Assembly: GCF_006345805.1 (NCBI RefSeq)
Contig: NC_043002.1
Location: forward strand, 11,780,001 to 11,844,000
From: Octopus sinensis
Lineage: Eukaryota
DNA: 64,000 bases
Direction of reading: 5' to 3'
In this document: one piece after another, positions 38,393 through 52,230 of the stretch
Layout: each line of letters starts with the position of its first letter
Position numbering within the stretch: the stretch's first letter is position 1
Program-made: the position numbers and the translations under genes
The notes under the pieces: generated by a model
The model's database searches: none
Told to the model about the DNA's origin: nothing
Seen by the model: only the letters and a program-made list of their open reading frames with translations

Positions 38393-38638
38393 CAGTAATC
38401 AGCTGCCATATCGCGGTACACCTGTCGCGCACTTAGTACGTAGCTGTTCACCTATCCCACATTCAGTACATTGCGGATTTTTCTGGCTAATATACTTAAA
38501 TTTATATCGAGCGGATTCATAAGACGATTGCGGGTTTCTGCGGCCGATAGGTAGTTATAATTTTTTAGATTTTAATTATTTCAGTGGGAGGCTTTGGAAC
38601 GTAACACTGTGCCTTGAATAGCCATAAGGGATCATCTG
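38393..38638. mobile_element. Tigger/pogo-like MITE, same family as 34228
   Basis: Starts TA|cagtaatcagctgccatatcgcgg and shares the internal cagtacattgcgg and ttggaacgtaac motifs. Confidence 0.65.
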
Positions 38639-38809
38639 AGTAAAATATAAATCAAAGGGACCCATAGACAAAAAAAAAATTGAACTACTGGGTTGGAAGA
38701 TGAAATTCAATTTCACAGATTCTCCGCTATTCACGAGGATGTGCACCAATCCACTCGAGAATTGACCCAGATGAGGTGCTCCCAAGATACCGTAGCCCGT
38801 CACATTTAA

Positions 38810-39411
38810 CCCTTCGTGGACCCCATCAAATTTCAAAAGTTGGCAACTTTTACATTTTTTGTCTAACTGATTATATATCTCATGACTTTTATTGTTAATA
38901 GTTTATGTGTGCACATACAAATTTTCGGTTAAAAATTTCCATTCATATGGATGTTATAGCATAAAATATGGTCATTGGAGTCGAACTGGACTCCAATGGC
39001 CTTCTGTGAAATTAGTTTTTCCTGTTCTTTCTTCAGATATTCTGATGAACTATAAATCAATTTTCTTTGTATTTATACTGGTATAAATCTATATACTAAA
39101 TAGTTTTGTTTTTATTTTATATTTAGTGCTACATAAAACTATAGAAAATGTTGATTTCTTTCAATAAAGGTTTTTTTTTTTCCAGTCAATAAATTATATT
39201 TTAATTCCCCTCCATTAAATGCTAATAATTACAAATATATACCTATAAAGTGCTTAATTTCTTGTTCTGTATCACACACCCACACACATATATATACAAG
39301 ATTAAACAAATATTACTTTATGAGTAGTGCGGAAATGAGCAAAACAAAAGCGGGTCTCTCGGGACCCCAATGGCCTTTTCTGTAATTCCATCACCGCTGG
39401 TCCACGAAGGG
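38810..39411. mobile_element. piggyBac-type non-autonomous element
   Basis: Perfect 13-bp TIRs CCCTTCGTGGACC...GGTCCACGAAGGG, flanked by TTAA at 38806-38809 and 39412-39415. Confidence 0.9.
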
Positions 39412-40489
39412 TTAAGCCTGCTCAAACGACCCGACCAGCGACACGACGTACTATTTCAATTCGGCAACGGTCGCCCCACATTGCTAATTTGTCCCCAAAA
39501 ATACCATGCTAAAGCACGGCAGAGAAATTCTACCGCACCTGCCGTATTCTTCCAGTATAGAACTTTCAGATTTCTGCCTTTTTGACCGCTCTCTGACAAT
39601 CTGCCGGGCGTTTCCTTCAACAAAGACGTGAAGAGAACGTGTGATTTGATGTATTCTTTGGCAAGAAACCGACAAAACGAACAGTAATTTCGAGTGATTT
39701 GTTAAAAGTGGTGAAAAATAAGTATTAAAATGCACGGGAAAAAATCTAAAAAAAAGACCTACGAATTTGCTTGACCACCCAATGCAACTGTCATTCAAGA
39801 CACATTTCTTTCTCTCCGCTATTTTCCTCTCTCCATCTGTTTCCTCTCTTCATTCCTTTCTGTGGAAGATCGTCTTCTTTACTTTTTTCTGAGCGCCAAA
39901 TTAATCCACCCTGTTTTATGTTCTTTCACCTGTCTCTGTCTTCTGTGCTTTAATTTTTGTATAATTTCGAAAGAATATGTGCTTATGTCGGCAATATATA
40001 CCATACACATAGACACTCTGTAAGTGGTTCTGATACCATAATCCAGTAAAAAGAATGGGTCAGATAACGAAAGTGACACGCGCAACCGAAACCCAGGTGA
40101 AAAAGGCTGTTAGAGACCCGGAAAGTCAAAAGTAATGCTTTTAAAATTGACAGCGACTAAACTTACAATAGACAAGGGATCAAGGAATATGTAGGTTCGT
40201 TTCTAGCGTACTCTACAACCACTGGGTTGAAACTCAGAGGAGACAAACAATGACAGAGAAACGGATTAAGTCGATTATATCGACCCCGGCTTTTAGGTGT
40301 TTTCGCTCAACAAAACTCTCAATGCCCGGTCTTGTAATCGAAACCGTGAGTCCGATGCCCTAATTACTGGGCTGTTGAGCCACCAAAGGCCTAAGGTGGA
40401 CTTTAAAATGTGTGCGACGTATTTCAAATTCTAAAAACATATTCACTGCAGTAACCGCCGCGAAAAATTCGCCCGTATGAGAAAAGGTG

Positions 40490-40531
<42 letters not shown>

Positions 40532-40574
40532 CACACACACACACACACACTACCCAACAAATCCGTCGCGTATC

Positions 40575-40900
40575 ACTACGAGTGTTCTAGTTGATCCAAT
40601 CAAATGAACAACTTGCTCTGAAATTAACGTGCAAGTGACTGACCGCTGCACATGCACCCTTAACGTACCCTTCACGTAGTACCCTTGACGTAGTACCCTT
40701 GACGTAGTACCCTTCACGTAGTTCTGAGTCAGATTCTGCATGACAGAATGTGACAAGGCTGGCCCTTTCAAACACAGGTACTACTCATTTTGCAGCGTGA
40801 AATAAAGCGTCTGGCTGAGTGACACAGTGCGCCATTGGATATCGAACTCACGGCCCAATGAACGTGAGCCGAACACCCCAGCCACTAAGCCACGCGTCTC
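40575..40900 (-). mobile_element. tRNA-derived SINE with 14-bp internal tandem repeat
   Basis: Head (plus strand) atcgaactcacgg...cactaagccacgcg. Four copies of GTACCCTT(C/G)ACGTA at 40665-40720. Confidence 0.65.
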
Positions 40901-41020
40901 ATGCATGCATATATGGGTGCAAGACATCACCAACGGTGCAAATAGCATGGAATACGTAAAAACGTAAGCTACAACGAAAAAAGTCAAGTCAACTAAGAGA
41001 AATATATATGTATGTATTTA

Positions 41021-41468
41021 GGCGTAGGAGGGGCTGTGTGGTAAGTGGCTTGCTTACAAACCACATCGTTCCAGGTTCAGTTCCACTGCATGGAACCTTG
41101 GGCAAGTGTCTTCTACTATAGCCATGGGCCGACCAAAGCCTTGTGAATGGATTTGGTAGACAGAAACTGAAAGAAGCCCGTCGTATATATGTATATGGGT
41201 TTGTATGTGTGTGTGTGTGTGAGTGTGTGAGTGTGTGTGTGTGCGTGTGTGTGTGTGTGTGTGTGTATGTGTTTGTTCCCCCAACATCGCTTGACAACCG
41301 ATGCTGGTGTGTTTACGTCCACTTAACTTAGCGGTTCGACAAAACAGACCGATATAATAAATACTAGGCTTACAAAGAATATGTCCTGGGGTCGATTTGT
41401 TCGACTAAAGGCCGTGCTCTTGCATGGCCACAGTCAAATGACTGAAACAAGTAAAAGAGTAACAGAGT
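41021..41468 (+). mobile_element. SINE family A, full length
   Basis: Runs from ggcgtaggaggggctgtgtggtaag to gactgaaacaagtaaaagag. Confidence 0.85.
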
Positions 41469-41495
41469 ATATATATGAGTATATATAAGAGTATA

Positions 41496-41751
41496 TAGTA
41501 ATCACTTGTCGTATCGCTGTTCACCTATCGCTGTTCACCTATCGCAGTTCACCTATCGCGGTTTATTGTTTAAAGCTTACCTCGATGCTTTCGCGGTGTT
41601 GTTATGCATTTATAATGAAATAAATATATACAAATTATAAAAATAATAATAAAAAAATTATACAGTAGAGTACTGTTACTACTTTGCGGATTTTCACCAA
41701 TCAAAGGAGGCGGATTGGAACGAAACAGCCGCAATAGACGAGGGCTTACCG
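41496..41751. mobile_element. Tigger/pogo-like MITE
   Basis: Has three gttcacctatcgc repeats, gcggattttcacc and ggaacg motifs, and ends gagggcttaccg|TA. Confidence 0.65.
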
Positions 41752-41875
41752 TACATATGCGCGTGTGTGTATGTACGTATGTATGTATGTATGTATGTAT
41801 GTATGTATGTATGTATGTATGTATGTATGTATTATGTAAGTATGTATATATATAATATATATAATATATATATAT

Positions 41876-41925
<50 letters not shown>

Positions 41926-42054
41926 ATGTAACTTCATCCTGAAGGATTACTCAATAGACGTCAAGAGAGTACATGTTTATTAAACTTTTCACAGCAAACG
42001 GCTGATTGTAACATCGCAATTTCGACTCTCTCGCTTTCGTCAGATATATATCTA

Positions 42055-42118
<64 letters not shown>

Positions 42119-43089
42119 CCAATCTATCTAACTTTCTATCTGTCTCGCTACATGTCTGTCCTTGTGCCTATCTATCTATCTATCTATCGATCGATCGATC
42201 GGTCTGTCAGTCTGTCTTTCTGTTTGTCCGCCTGTATGTTGTCTATCTATCGATCGATCTGTCTATCTTTCTGTTTGTCTGTTGTCTATCTATCTATCTA
42301 TATCTGTGTATATAGTAAGATAGAGAAAGAGCAAGAGAGTGCACGCGCAGGAGAGAAAGTGACAAAGAAGGAGAGAGAGAGAGAGAGAGAGAGTGATAGA
42401 GACTGAGATACGAAAGGAATAGAGGGAGAGCTACAGTGATAACGATTTTAATCACAGCTCTGCTCAAATGTGTCCGCCTTGGGCTAAAGTACAGCAATAG
42501 TCGTAACTACAACATGGAATTATATACGTTGTCGATCGACATTTTAGAAATAGCAGCTAACTCTTACTCAGATCACCTTATTAATCTCCTTAAGACAAAA
42601 TGAGCACTTTCGACACTGCCGTCGGTTTTGGATTTCCTGTATATGTTAGAATGCGAACGGGATGGCCACGGATGAAATTCACTTGATCGTTCCCGGAGCT
42701 AAACAACAGTGGCCTTTAGAACTATTACTACTACTACTACTAATACTAATACTACTACTACTACTGCTACTGCTGCTGCTGCTGCTGTTGGTAAAATAAC
42801 AAACGCCAACACTAACCACTAGACAACTGATCGGCTCCACGCTCACACACACACATATGCAGACTCACACACACACACAAAACACACCACTACCATCACC
42901 ACCACCACCACCACCAATATATTCCACCCTATTTATACCCCCTCCGCCAGACCTTCGCCGCCATATCTCCTCCTCTGCCCTCTCCCACATTCTCCTTACA
43001 CTGCTACCCTCTTCCTCTCTCTCTCTCTCTCTCTCTCTCCTCTCTCTCACCACACACCACACACACACACCAACGCCGTATTTCCACCC

Positions 43090-43215
43090 ACCTTATTTCA
43101 AACAGGAATTCATTATATACATGATGAATGCTTTCTTGATAAGACCAGCAGCTTATCTCGTTTCCGAAACTTTGCAAACGTCTCTTATCTTCATCAGACA
43201 CATGGTAAGACAGAC
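43090..43215 (-). mobile_element. Possible RTE-type LINE remnant
   Basis: DEDKRRLQSFGNEISCWSYQESIHHVYNEF resembles the RTE post-RT motif (D.RRL..FE..C.R.IL.I.W....NE). Confidence 0.35.
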
Positions 43216-43224
43216 TCGCTCAAA

Positions 43225-43799
43225 CCACCACCACCACCACCGCCATCACAACCACGACCACCATCACCATCACCATCACCACCACCACCATCACAACCAC
43301 AACCACAATCACCACCACAACCACCACCACCATCGCCTCTGCTTCTTCTTCTTCTTCATGTTCTTTTTCTTCTTCCTTTTCTTCTTCTTCATCATCATCA
43401 TCATTAGCATCATCATCATCATCATCATCATCATCATATCATCATCTTCTTTTCTTCTTCTTCTTCTTGCCACGGACACATTACCCCACCACCACCAACC
43501 ACCACCAAGACCTCTTTCTCTTTCTTTTTTCTTAATCTCTCTCTGCCTCTTTCTTACCTTCTATCTATCTCCTCTCTCCCCCCTCTCCCCCCCTCTCTCT
43601 CTCTCTCCTGGTCTTACACCCATATCTCTCTGTAAGTCTTTCTCTTTTTCTATATCTCTTTTTTTTTTTTCATTTTATCTTACTCTATCCCTTTTTATTT
43701 CTCTCTCACCCTCGCTTGTACCTTCTGCATACGTGCGTCGCTCTGGTCTATCTATCTATCTGTCTATCTTTCTATCTGTCTGTCTGTCCGCTTTCTCGT

Positions 43800-43841
<42 letters not shown>

Positions 43842-44489
43842 AATCACTCATTCTCTCTATCTCTTTGCCTTTTTATTACACCGTCCGTCTGTCTGTCACT
43901 CTCTCTCGTTCTTTCTTATTAACTATATCACTTCCTTGTCACCATCTTCCCTCCTCTCACTCTGACTCTCACTACTTCTCTCTCTCTCTCACTACTACTC
44001 ACTCTCTCACCTCTTCTCTCTCTCTCTCTCTCTCTCTCTGTCCCTAACACTGGTTCTTTCTCGATGTGTATCTCTTATTTCTCCACCTAGTTTTCTATAT
44101 TGGACAACACTTTCCTATGCGTATATCTCTGCGTATGCTAGTGTGTGTGTGTTTGTGTGTATGCTAGTGTGTGTGTGTGTGTGTATGAATGTGTGTGTGT
44201 GTGTGTATGTGTGTGCATCGATGTGTGTGTCTTTCATACTGTATGCGAAAAACACAAACAACCACTTCTTCACTCAAGAGATTTTCCTACCTGCTCCCTC
44301 TCACTGTTCCCCATTCCCTCTCTCTCTCCCTCCTTCCCCATCACTATCACTCTCTCTCTCCCTCTCTCTTCCTACACTTCTTTATTTCTTTCGCTCTGTT
44401 TCCCACTCTCTCTGTTTATTTTACACCGTCGCCATGCATCTTTCTCCTTCTCATTTCTTCTCTTTTTCTCTTTCCCACTCAATCAATCA

Positions 44490-44547
<58 letters not shown>

Positions 44548-44613
44548 GATATATATATATATATTTATCTACCTGTCTGTCTGTCTATCTGTCTGTCTAC
44601 CTCTCTACATGTG

Positions 44614-44677
<64 letters not shown>

Positions 44678-44774
44678 CATGTCTAACTGTCTGTCTGTCT
44701 GTCTGTCTATATAAACACAAACACACACACACACACATATACAAGTATGTATGTATCTCTCTCAATCTCTTTCC

Positions 44775-44810
<36 letters not shown>

Positions 44811-45268
44811 ATCTCTCTCCCTCTCTCTCTCTCTCCACTAGCCTCTCTTAACAACAGCATATACGTGCCTGACCATTTTTCAATTTACTTTCCCTCGTTC
44901 CCTCCTCTCCTCTCTTCCTCAACTTAAATATGGAGAGAAGCATATGAATTATTGTGAGGCTGAGTGTGTGTGTGTGCGTCCGTTGATGACTCCATGCGTG
45001 CATAGCCAAGGCAGATTTTCAAACGACCACTAATTCTTCAGATTACACAAACACATGCAAACACATACAGTCATACAGTAATACAAACATATTATCTCTC
45101 TCCCTCCACCTTCTCTCTCTGTCTCTCTCTTTCTCTCCTTATGAGTCAGTCTGTCTATCTCTCTTCCTATCTTGCACTCTCTACCATATACAGATACCAC
45201 TTTCGTGCGTACGTGTGTGAAAATATCCAGCCATCCAACAATCTATCTGTCTATCTATCTATCTATCG

Positions 45269-45355
<87 letters not shown>

Positions 45356-45413
45356 AGTTTGTCTGTGTGTCTGTCTGTCTCTCCTCTCTCTGTGTATAGA
45401 TATGGTGTGTATG

Positions 45414-45470
<57 letters not shown>

Positions 45471-45900
45471 GGGCGCAGGGAGGGCTGTGTGGTAAGTAGC
45501 TTGCTAACAACCACATGGTTCGGGTTCAGGTCCACTGCGTGGCATCTTGGGCAAGTGTCTTCTGCTATAGCCCCGGGCCGACCCATCCGACCAATGCCTT
45601 GTGAGTGGATTTGTAGACGGAAACTGAAAGAAGCCGGTCGTATATAGTATATATATATATATGTGTTTGTTTGTGTGTCTGTGTTTGTTCCCCTAGCATT
45701 GCTTGACAAACCGATGCTGGTGTGTGGTTACGTCCCGTCCGCATTAGCGTTCGGCAAAAAGAGACCGATAGAATAAGTACTGGGCTTACAAAGAATAAGT
45801 CCGGGGTCGAGTGCTCGATTATTAAAGGCGGTGCTCCAGCATGGCCGCAGTCAAATGACTGAAACAAGTAAAAGAGAAAGAAAGAGAAAGAGATGTACAT

Positions 45901-45951
<51 letters not shown>

Positions 45952-46100
45952 ATATAGATGTATATGTATGTATGTATGTATGTATGTATTTATATGCATT
46001 ATCTATATTTTAGTCTATCTGTCTCTTCCCATATATATGGTGTGTATGAATATACTATACATTTATCTATCTATCTATCGATATATATCTATCTATCTAT

Positions 46101-46131
<31 letters not shown>

Positions 46132-46168
46132 GTCAGTCTATCTGTCTAATCTATACTGTCTTTCTGGC

Positions 46169-46205
<37 letters not shown>

Positions 46206-46329
46206 TCTCCTCTCTATATATATCTATAATATGCTATATATATTATATATATTATATTACATCTGTGTCTATCTATCTGTCTATCCATCTATCTGTGTAT
46301 ATCTTTCTTTGTATGTGTGTGTGTATATG

Positions 46330-46360
<31 letters not shown>

Positions 46361-46412
46361 GAATGGCGGTGCCCCAGCATGGCCACAGCTCGTGAGCTGA
46401 AACTAGATAAAA

Positions 46413-46447
<35 letters not shown>

Positions 46448-46657
46448 GTATGTCCATGTGCGTGTGAAGAAGTGACAGTATGCGTGAGTGAGTTTGTGTC
46501 TGTGTGTGCGCATTACGACATTCTCAACCAGCGCCTTCAACTTTCTCGCTCTTTCTCTCTGTCGTCTCTCCAAGCTATATGGACGTCAATGACGTGTTAG
46601 TTAGTGTGTGTGTGTGTATGATTAATTATGTGTGTGTAAGTATGTGTATGTGCGTTC

Positions 46658-46693
<36 letters not shown>

Positions 46694-46902
46694 CAAACTT
46701 TCGACCACCATTGCTACTTTGCTTACCTTTTTCATATCCAATCGTTGTTGCATTCCTTTTCGTGTTTTTGTTTAGTTTTGTTTTGTGTTTTTGTGTGTGT
46801 GTAATGGTGAGTGTGAGTGAGTGCGTGAGTTAGAGAAAGGGCAGAGGGAGCAACGTGCATGTGTATCCATGTGTTATGTGTGTATGTGTTTATGAGTGTG
46901 AG

Positions 46903-46935
<33 letters not shown>

Positions 46936-47019
46936 GAAGTATATGCGTTTGTGAAGGAGATAATATTTGTGTGTGAGGTAAAAGATATGTAGACAGACAG
47001 ACACTCTACCAGACAGATC

Positions 47020-47052
<33 letters not shown>

Positions 47053-47113
47053 GATAGACTAGATAGATAGAAAGACAGACAGATAGATAAGATAGAAAGA
47101 TAGACAGACGATC

Positions 47114-47154
<41 letters not shown>

Positions 47155-47824
47155 TAGATAGATAGATAGATAGATAGAAAGATAGACAGATAGATAGATA
47201 GACATAGATAAATAGAGGGAGGTAGATAGAGAGATAGATAGGAATACAGACAGACAGAGAGACAGATATATATGTTGAATGACATATAGGTAGATATAGA
47301 CAGATAGACAGATAAGTAGAGAGATCTATTAATCTATCTATCGGTCTATTTATACAGACAGATGCGTAGACAGACAGATAGAGAGTAAGGCAGAGAAAGA
47401 GGAAGAAAAAGAATATACGCTGAAGAAAGTGAAAGTAAACTGTGTTTCTGTGTGTGTGTGTGTGTGTGTGAGCGCATAGATGTTGATGTATATATTTAGC
47501 AAACTTACTGCGTACACCCTTACGTCTGGGGTCAGCGCATAGATGTGTGTGTGTGTCAGTGCATGCATATGCTCATGCGGAGTACGATGTTGGTGTATGT
47601 GTGTGAATGTTTGTGTGTGTGTGTGTGAGTGTTTGTTGGTCTGTGTCTCTGTACGTTATTATGTGTGTATGACTTTCTATGTTGCTGTGTGTGTATATAT
47701 GTTTGTGTTTACGCGCGCGCAGAGTATTTATGAGTATATGTATATATGTGCTTGTGTGTGTGTGTGTGTATGGCTTTGCCTGTCTGTATGCGTGCACAGA
47801 AGTATTTATATGAGAATATATGTT

Positions 47825-47862
<38 letters not shown>

Positions 47863-47900
47863 TGTGTGTGGACGTGCGTGTGTGTGATTGTGTGTGCATG
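43225..47900. repeat. Large low-complexity block: (CAC)/(CTT)/(CAT), (CT)n, (TATC)n, (TG)n, (GATA)n, (TA)n
   Basis: Seen directly in the sequence. One SINE lies inside at 45472. Confidence 0.85.
45472..45890 (+). mobile_element. SINE family A, full length
   Basis: Same head, core and tail as 41021. Confidence 0.85.
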
Positions 47901-48454
47901 TGCGTGTGTGTTAGCGTGTGTGCATAATTGTATTTAAGCGAGCAGTACGAGGTATCTGAAAGTGAGAATGCGAAATGCGAATGCGTCTGGGTAAATAAAC
48001 ACCACCATGTTTCAGGCCATGCTGGAGCAAAACATTGAAGAATTTTGGTCTAACAACCCCCACCCCAAAAGTACTTATTTTCAAATCTGGCAGTTATTCT
48101 GTCGGTTCTCTTTTGTCGAACGAGTAAGTTACGGGCACGTAAACAAACCAACACCGGTTGTCAAGGGGTAGTAAGGGACTAACACACACAGCCCCCCGTA
48201 TACCCCCCATATATATATAAATAAAGAATACAAGGGGTTTACCTGACTTGTGATCTAAACGAATGGGTACGGTGCGTAAGCGCTATAGTATGTCGACCGT
48301 CAGGTTCCAAGATCTCAGCTAAGGCTGGATCTACGGATCTGTGTAGGGTTCCGTTATAACATATATATATTATATTATATTAGAAGAAAAATCAAACCAA
48401 AGCAGAACTAGTATTTCGGGTCATTTAGAATAATTTAATTAGGGTTACCTTTTC

Positions 48455-48629
48455 ACTCTTTTTTCTCTTTTACTTTTTTCAGTCATTTGACTGTAGCCAT
48501 GCTGGAGCACCGCCTTTAGTCGAGCAACTCGACCCCGGGACTTATTCTTTGTAACCCTAGTACACATTCTATCGGGCCTTTTTGCCAAACCGCTGGCTTA
48601 CGGGACGTAAACACACCAGCATCGGTTGT
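48455..48629 (-). mobile_element. SINE family A 3' part, cut by the scaffold gap
   Basis: Runs from gccatgctggagcaccgcctttagtcgagc to accagcatcggttgt. Confidence 0.8.
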
Positions 48630-48729
48630 NNNNNNNNNNNNNNNNNNNNNNNNNNNNNNNNNNNNNNNNNNNNNNNNNNNNNNNNNNNNNNNNNNNNNNN
48701 NNNNNNNNNNNNNNNNNNNNNNNNNNNNN
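48630..48729. other. Assembly gap (100 N)
   Basis: Run of exactly 100 N. Confidence 1.
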
Positions 48730-49030
48730 ATCATCATCATCGTCATCATCATCATCGTCATCATCGTCATCATCATCAATCGTCATCATCGTCATCATCA
48801 TCATCATCATCGTCATCATCATCATCATCGTTGTCGTCGTCATCATCATCATCATTATCATCGTCATTATCATCGTCGTCATCATCATCATCATCATCAT
48901 CATCGTCATCATCGTCGTCATCATCATCATCATCATCATAATCATCATCGCTGTCAACGTCTTCTTCATCAACATCATTATCGTGGTCGCCGTTGCAGTG
49001 ATAGCAATCGTAATTACCATCGCCGTCATC
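48730..49030. repeat. (ATC)/(GTC)n trinucleotide tract
   Basis: Seen directly in the sequence. Confidence 0.95.
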
Positions 49031-49535
49031 GCCAGCGTCCCTCATCGCCGTCGCCAACATCACAACACCTCACCAGTTCTCCTGGCTCACTTCTACCAGC
49101 ATCACAAAATCCTCCTGACAAAATCCTCCCCCTCCTCCTTCTCCTTCTCCTCCTCGTCGTCATCATCGTCATCATCACGTCATATTCTTATCACGAAAAC
49201 ATCTACTCAGGCCTAACACCACCATCACTACCACCACCACCACCATCAGAAAAACAATAACAACAACAACATGATTTACCACATCTTCCTCGTAATAAGA
49301 AACAACAGCAGTAGGCCATCATCATCATCACATGTGCTAGAAATAGCAGCCTAATTTCTTCCATCATCAGAACAAACTACTACATAAAATCCATAAGCTG
49401 GGGATGGAAAGAGTGAGTAGTGGATTAATGGTGGAATTTGACAACATGGCGCCGTTGTTTAAAATCTGATGATTTGTGTAATACTGACTGAGCATACGAA
49501 CTGGTTTGGCGATTATGGCGTTTGGCACGGGAGGC

Positions 49536-50490
49536 AAACACGCATGCGCAATTACACTGGGGACACACACACACACAAGTAATTTAAATGCGTTCTGCCT
49601 CTTCAGAGAGAGAAATAGGTTCACGTATATGAACAGAGAGGAAGCGAGAAATAGTGAGAGAGGGAGGGAGGGAATAACAGATTCATTAAATTGTAAGGAG
49701 CATTAAAACTTCAGCGCCGAATCGCCGAATCGGTGACGCCAAATAGGTAGAGACAAAACGGCTGCGGCAGAACGCCAGTTAAGGATACGTAAATATATCT
49801 TTTTTAAAGCAAACAGACCGACTTTCGCAATTACACACACACATAATTAACATAAATGCCTTCTGCCTCTTCATAGAGAGAAATAGGTTTGTGTACCTGA
49901 ACAGAGAGGGAGAGAGAATTAGCGATTGTATGTCCATTCGGTAGATTAGTGTGTGCCGAGCCAACGAGCGTGTAGGCCGCGGAGAGAGAGGGTCATAACG
50001 ACCCTGATTCGATGCTGAGTCTGATTCTTCATCGTGGTGAGTCTTTCGTCGACCTTGTTTCAACCCTGAGAGTCTTTCAACAAGGAGGGCAACCTCTATG
50101 TTCTAGAAATAGAAACCAACTCTCCAATAAATCCCCCCATAGCATGGTAGACGAAGAAAGTAATGGTGCATTGAATGGACAAACAAACTGTTTTGGCAAT
50201 AGTGGTTTTTTGGTAGTGGAGACAAACACGCATGCGCAATCACACACACGCAGGCACAATTGACATAAATACATTCTGCCACTTCATAAAGACAAATAAG
50301 TTTACGTATATGAACAGAGTGAAAGAGAGAAATAGTGAGAGAGGGAGGGAGAGAATAGCAGAATCAATACAAAGTGGGAAGAGTCGAATCGGTGACGCCA
50401 AATAAGTAGAGACAAAACGGCTGCGGCAGAACTCGAGGTATGAACACCTAAATATTATTTTTTTAAAGCAAACAACTGACACTCGCACAA
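49536..50490 (+). repeat. Degenerate ~280-bp direct repeats (two full, one partial)
   Basis: 49536-49830 matches 50224-50490, with a partial copy at 49825-49925. The shared core is gaatcggtgacgccaaata(g/a)gtagagacaaaacggctgcggcagaac. Confidence 0.75.
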
Positions 50491-50559
50491 ACATTTAAGT
50501 ACCAAACAGACATGTTCTTACAGAACAGAACTGCACGTGGATATACCTTTATTTAGGCA

Positions 50560-51110
50560 CACATCACTCAACACAATCCACAGTAACTGTCTTAACTCAA
50601 AAAAAGGTTTGTCACAAAATGAAAACCCCAATAAAATGTAAGCACAACAGATCTGAAATAATGATTTGGGATAGAGAAGAGAAACTGTGTACATTTGCGG
50701 AAATCAGGTGCACAGTGGATGTTAACATAAAACTGAAGATCAGTTAAAAAGAGAAATATCTACGCTGAACTATTGATAAATCTGCAGTTATTCTATCCAG
50801 ATAACAAGTTCAGGTTTATACCGGTAATTATTGGGTCGCTGCAATATGTAATACACTACCTAAATACCAATGTTGAGAAATTAGGCTTCTTAAACCAGAA
50901 AGGAGAAAGCTGGTTCTAAGACTACAGATCCAATCCATCACTGGAACAGTAAAAATCTGTAACATTTTCCAGAAGTATATCATCTAAATATATTTATGAG
51001 CATGTCTAGATATGCAATTACATGCATGAGAATACATTCATAAGACCAAAGAAATCTATACCTATACAAACACATACATACATACATACATACATACATA
51101 CATACATACA

Positions 51111-51172
<62 letters not shown>

Positions 51173-51315
51173 TACAAAAATACACTGTTAATGTTGAAAT
51201 TCCATATTTTTACAAACAGCACGAACTCTCTGAACTCAGAAAGTATTGTTGCTTTGTTAGCAACCGGCTTGAACTCTCTCAAGAAAAAACTTGAATTAAA
51301 CACAAAGAAAAAACA
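50560..51315 (+). mobile_element. 5'-truncated RLE-type (R2/R4/NeSL-group) LINE: restriction-like endonuclease domain and 3' UTR
   Basis: Reads KTPIKCKHNRSEIMIWDREEKLCTFAEIRCTVDVNIKLKIS*KENIYAELL...FRFIPVIIGSL, a degenerate HNRPD..E..K RLE motif. The stop is near 50987 and (CATA)n follows. Confidence 0.75.
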
Positions 51316-52131
51316 TGCATACATACATACAGGCATACATACATGCACTTGATTGACTGGATTTTCTAGTTTCGATGAATAAAGGGTCAGCTTTTGCTAA
51401 ACAAACTGAACGATGAATAGTATTATGATGGGAATGGGTTATGTAGAGTCAGTTCCTTTCTCCCATCCTTCAGATCCGTATTGTTTTGCTGTAACTAGTG
51501 CTGCAAACCCACTAATTATCAGAATATATGATCTGTATATAGAAAAAGAAGTAATGAAACGACAAAAGAGAAAGGCTTGACAAAATTAACCACGTCCTCC
51601 ACCAACATTCCCCACAGTCAATACCAACTACTCTTCTATGCAAGAAGTGGTCCACAGAACCGTCAACGGATCACCATAAAGGTTCCATAGAACCATTAAC
51701 GGCATCACCATAAAGGAAGCTTTCAGCATAGAAGAAAATGAGTCCTCGGATACAAAATAAAGCCGATGACGAAGATGGAGTTGTCTTGTCTTAGATGTGC
51801 AGTTAAATAACGGAAAGGCTTTATCGGCACTGGATCCGATGGAGTGTCTCTGAGTGAAATCCTTCCAGAGGCAATATGGCAGATTGTTAAAGACCCCATC
51901 ACTAGGGGCCTGAGAGTGTCACATCACCGGGGCAGACTGACTTATCTTTTCGTTTTTATAATATCCATGGGTGGAGAGGTGGTAAATACAGTTGGTGCTA
52001 GGCCCTTGCTTGTAGAAACTGCCTTGACACAGATTAAGTGCGTGAGTTGCTGTCTCTGCAATACTGTCGACCAACAACGAAAATGGTTAAGCAACATATC
52101 ATATATATGTGTGCGCACGTGTGTGAGCAGC

Positions 52132-52229
<98 letters not shown>

Positions 52230-52230
<1 letters not shown>

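Noticed and set aside
39480-39800. Possible decayed LINE ORF1 on the minus strand (LHVFVEG-KRP..CQR..GQKG)
   Set aside because: It needs several frameshifts and the similarity is too weak to call without a profile search.
41021-41100. tRNA-like sequences at SINE 5' ends (also 26350-26420, 30955-31020, 55860-55945)
   Set aside because: They have A/B-box-like motifs but no complete cloverleaf and continue into SINE bodies, so they are not tRNA genes.
42008-42045. CTGACGA...GAAA on the minus strand (hammerhead-like)
   Set aside because: Stems I, II and III do not pair convincingly.
42857-44047. 396-aa ORF with poly-His, poly-Phe and poly-Ile runs
   Set aside because: It is a translation of adjacent (CAC), (CTT), (CAT) and (CT) microsatellites and has no domain content.
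51600-52080. Possible decayed APE domain on the minus strand (LVMG.FN..W) and a plus-strand 148-aa ORF
   Set aside because: The motif match is marginal and the plus-strand ORF runs into (TG)n.
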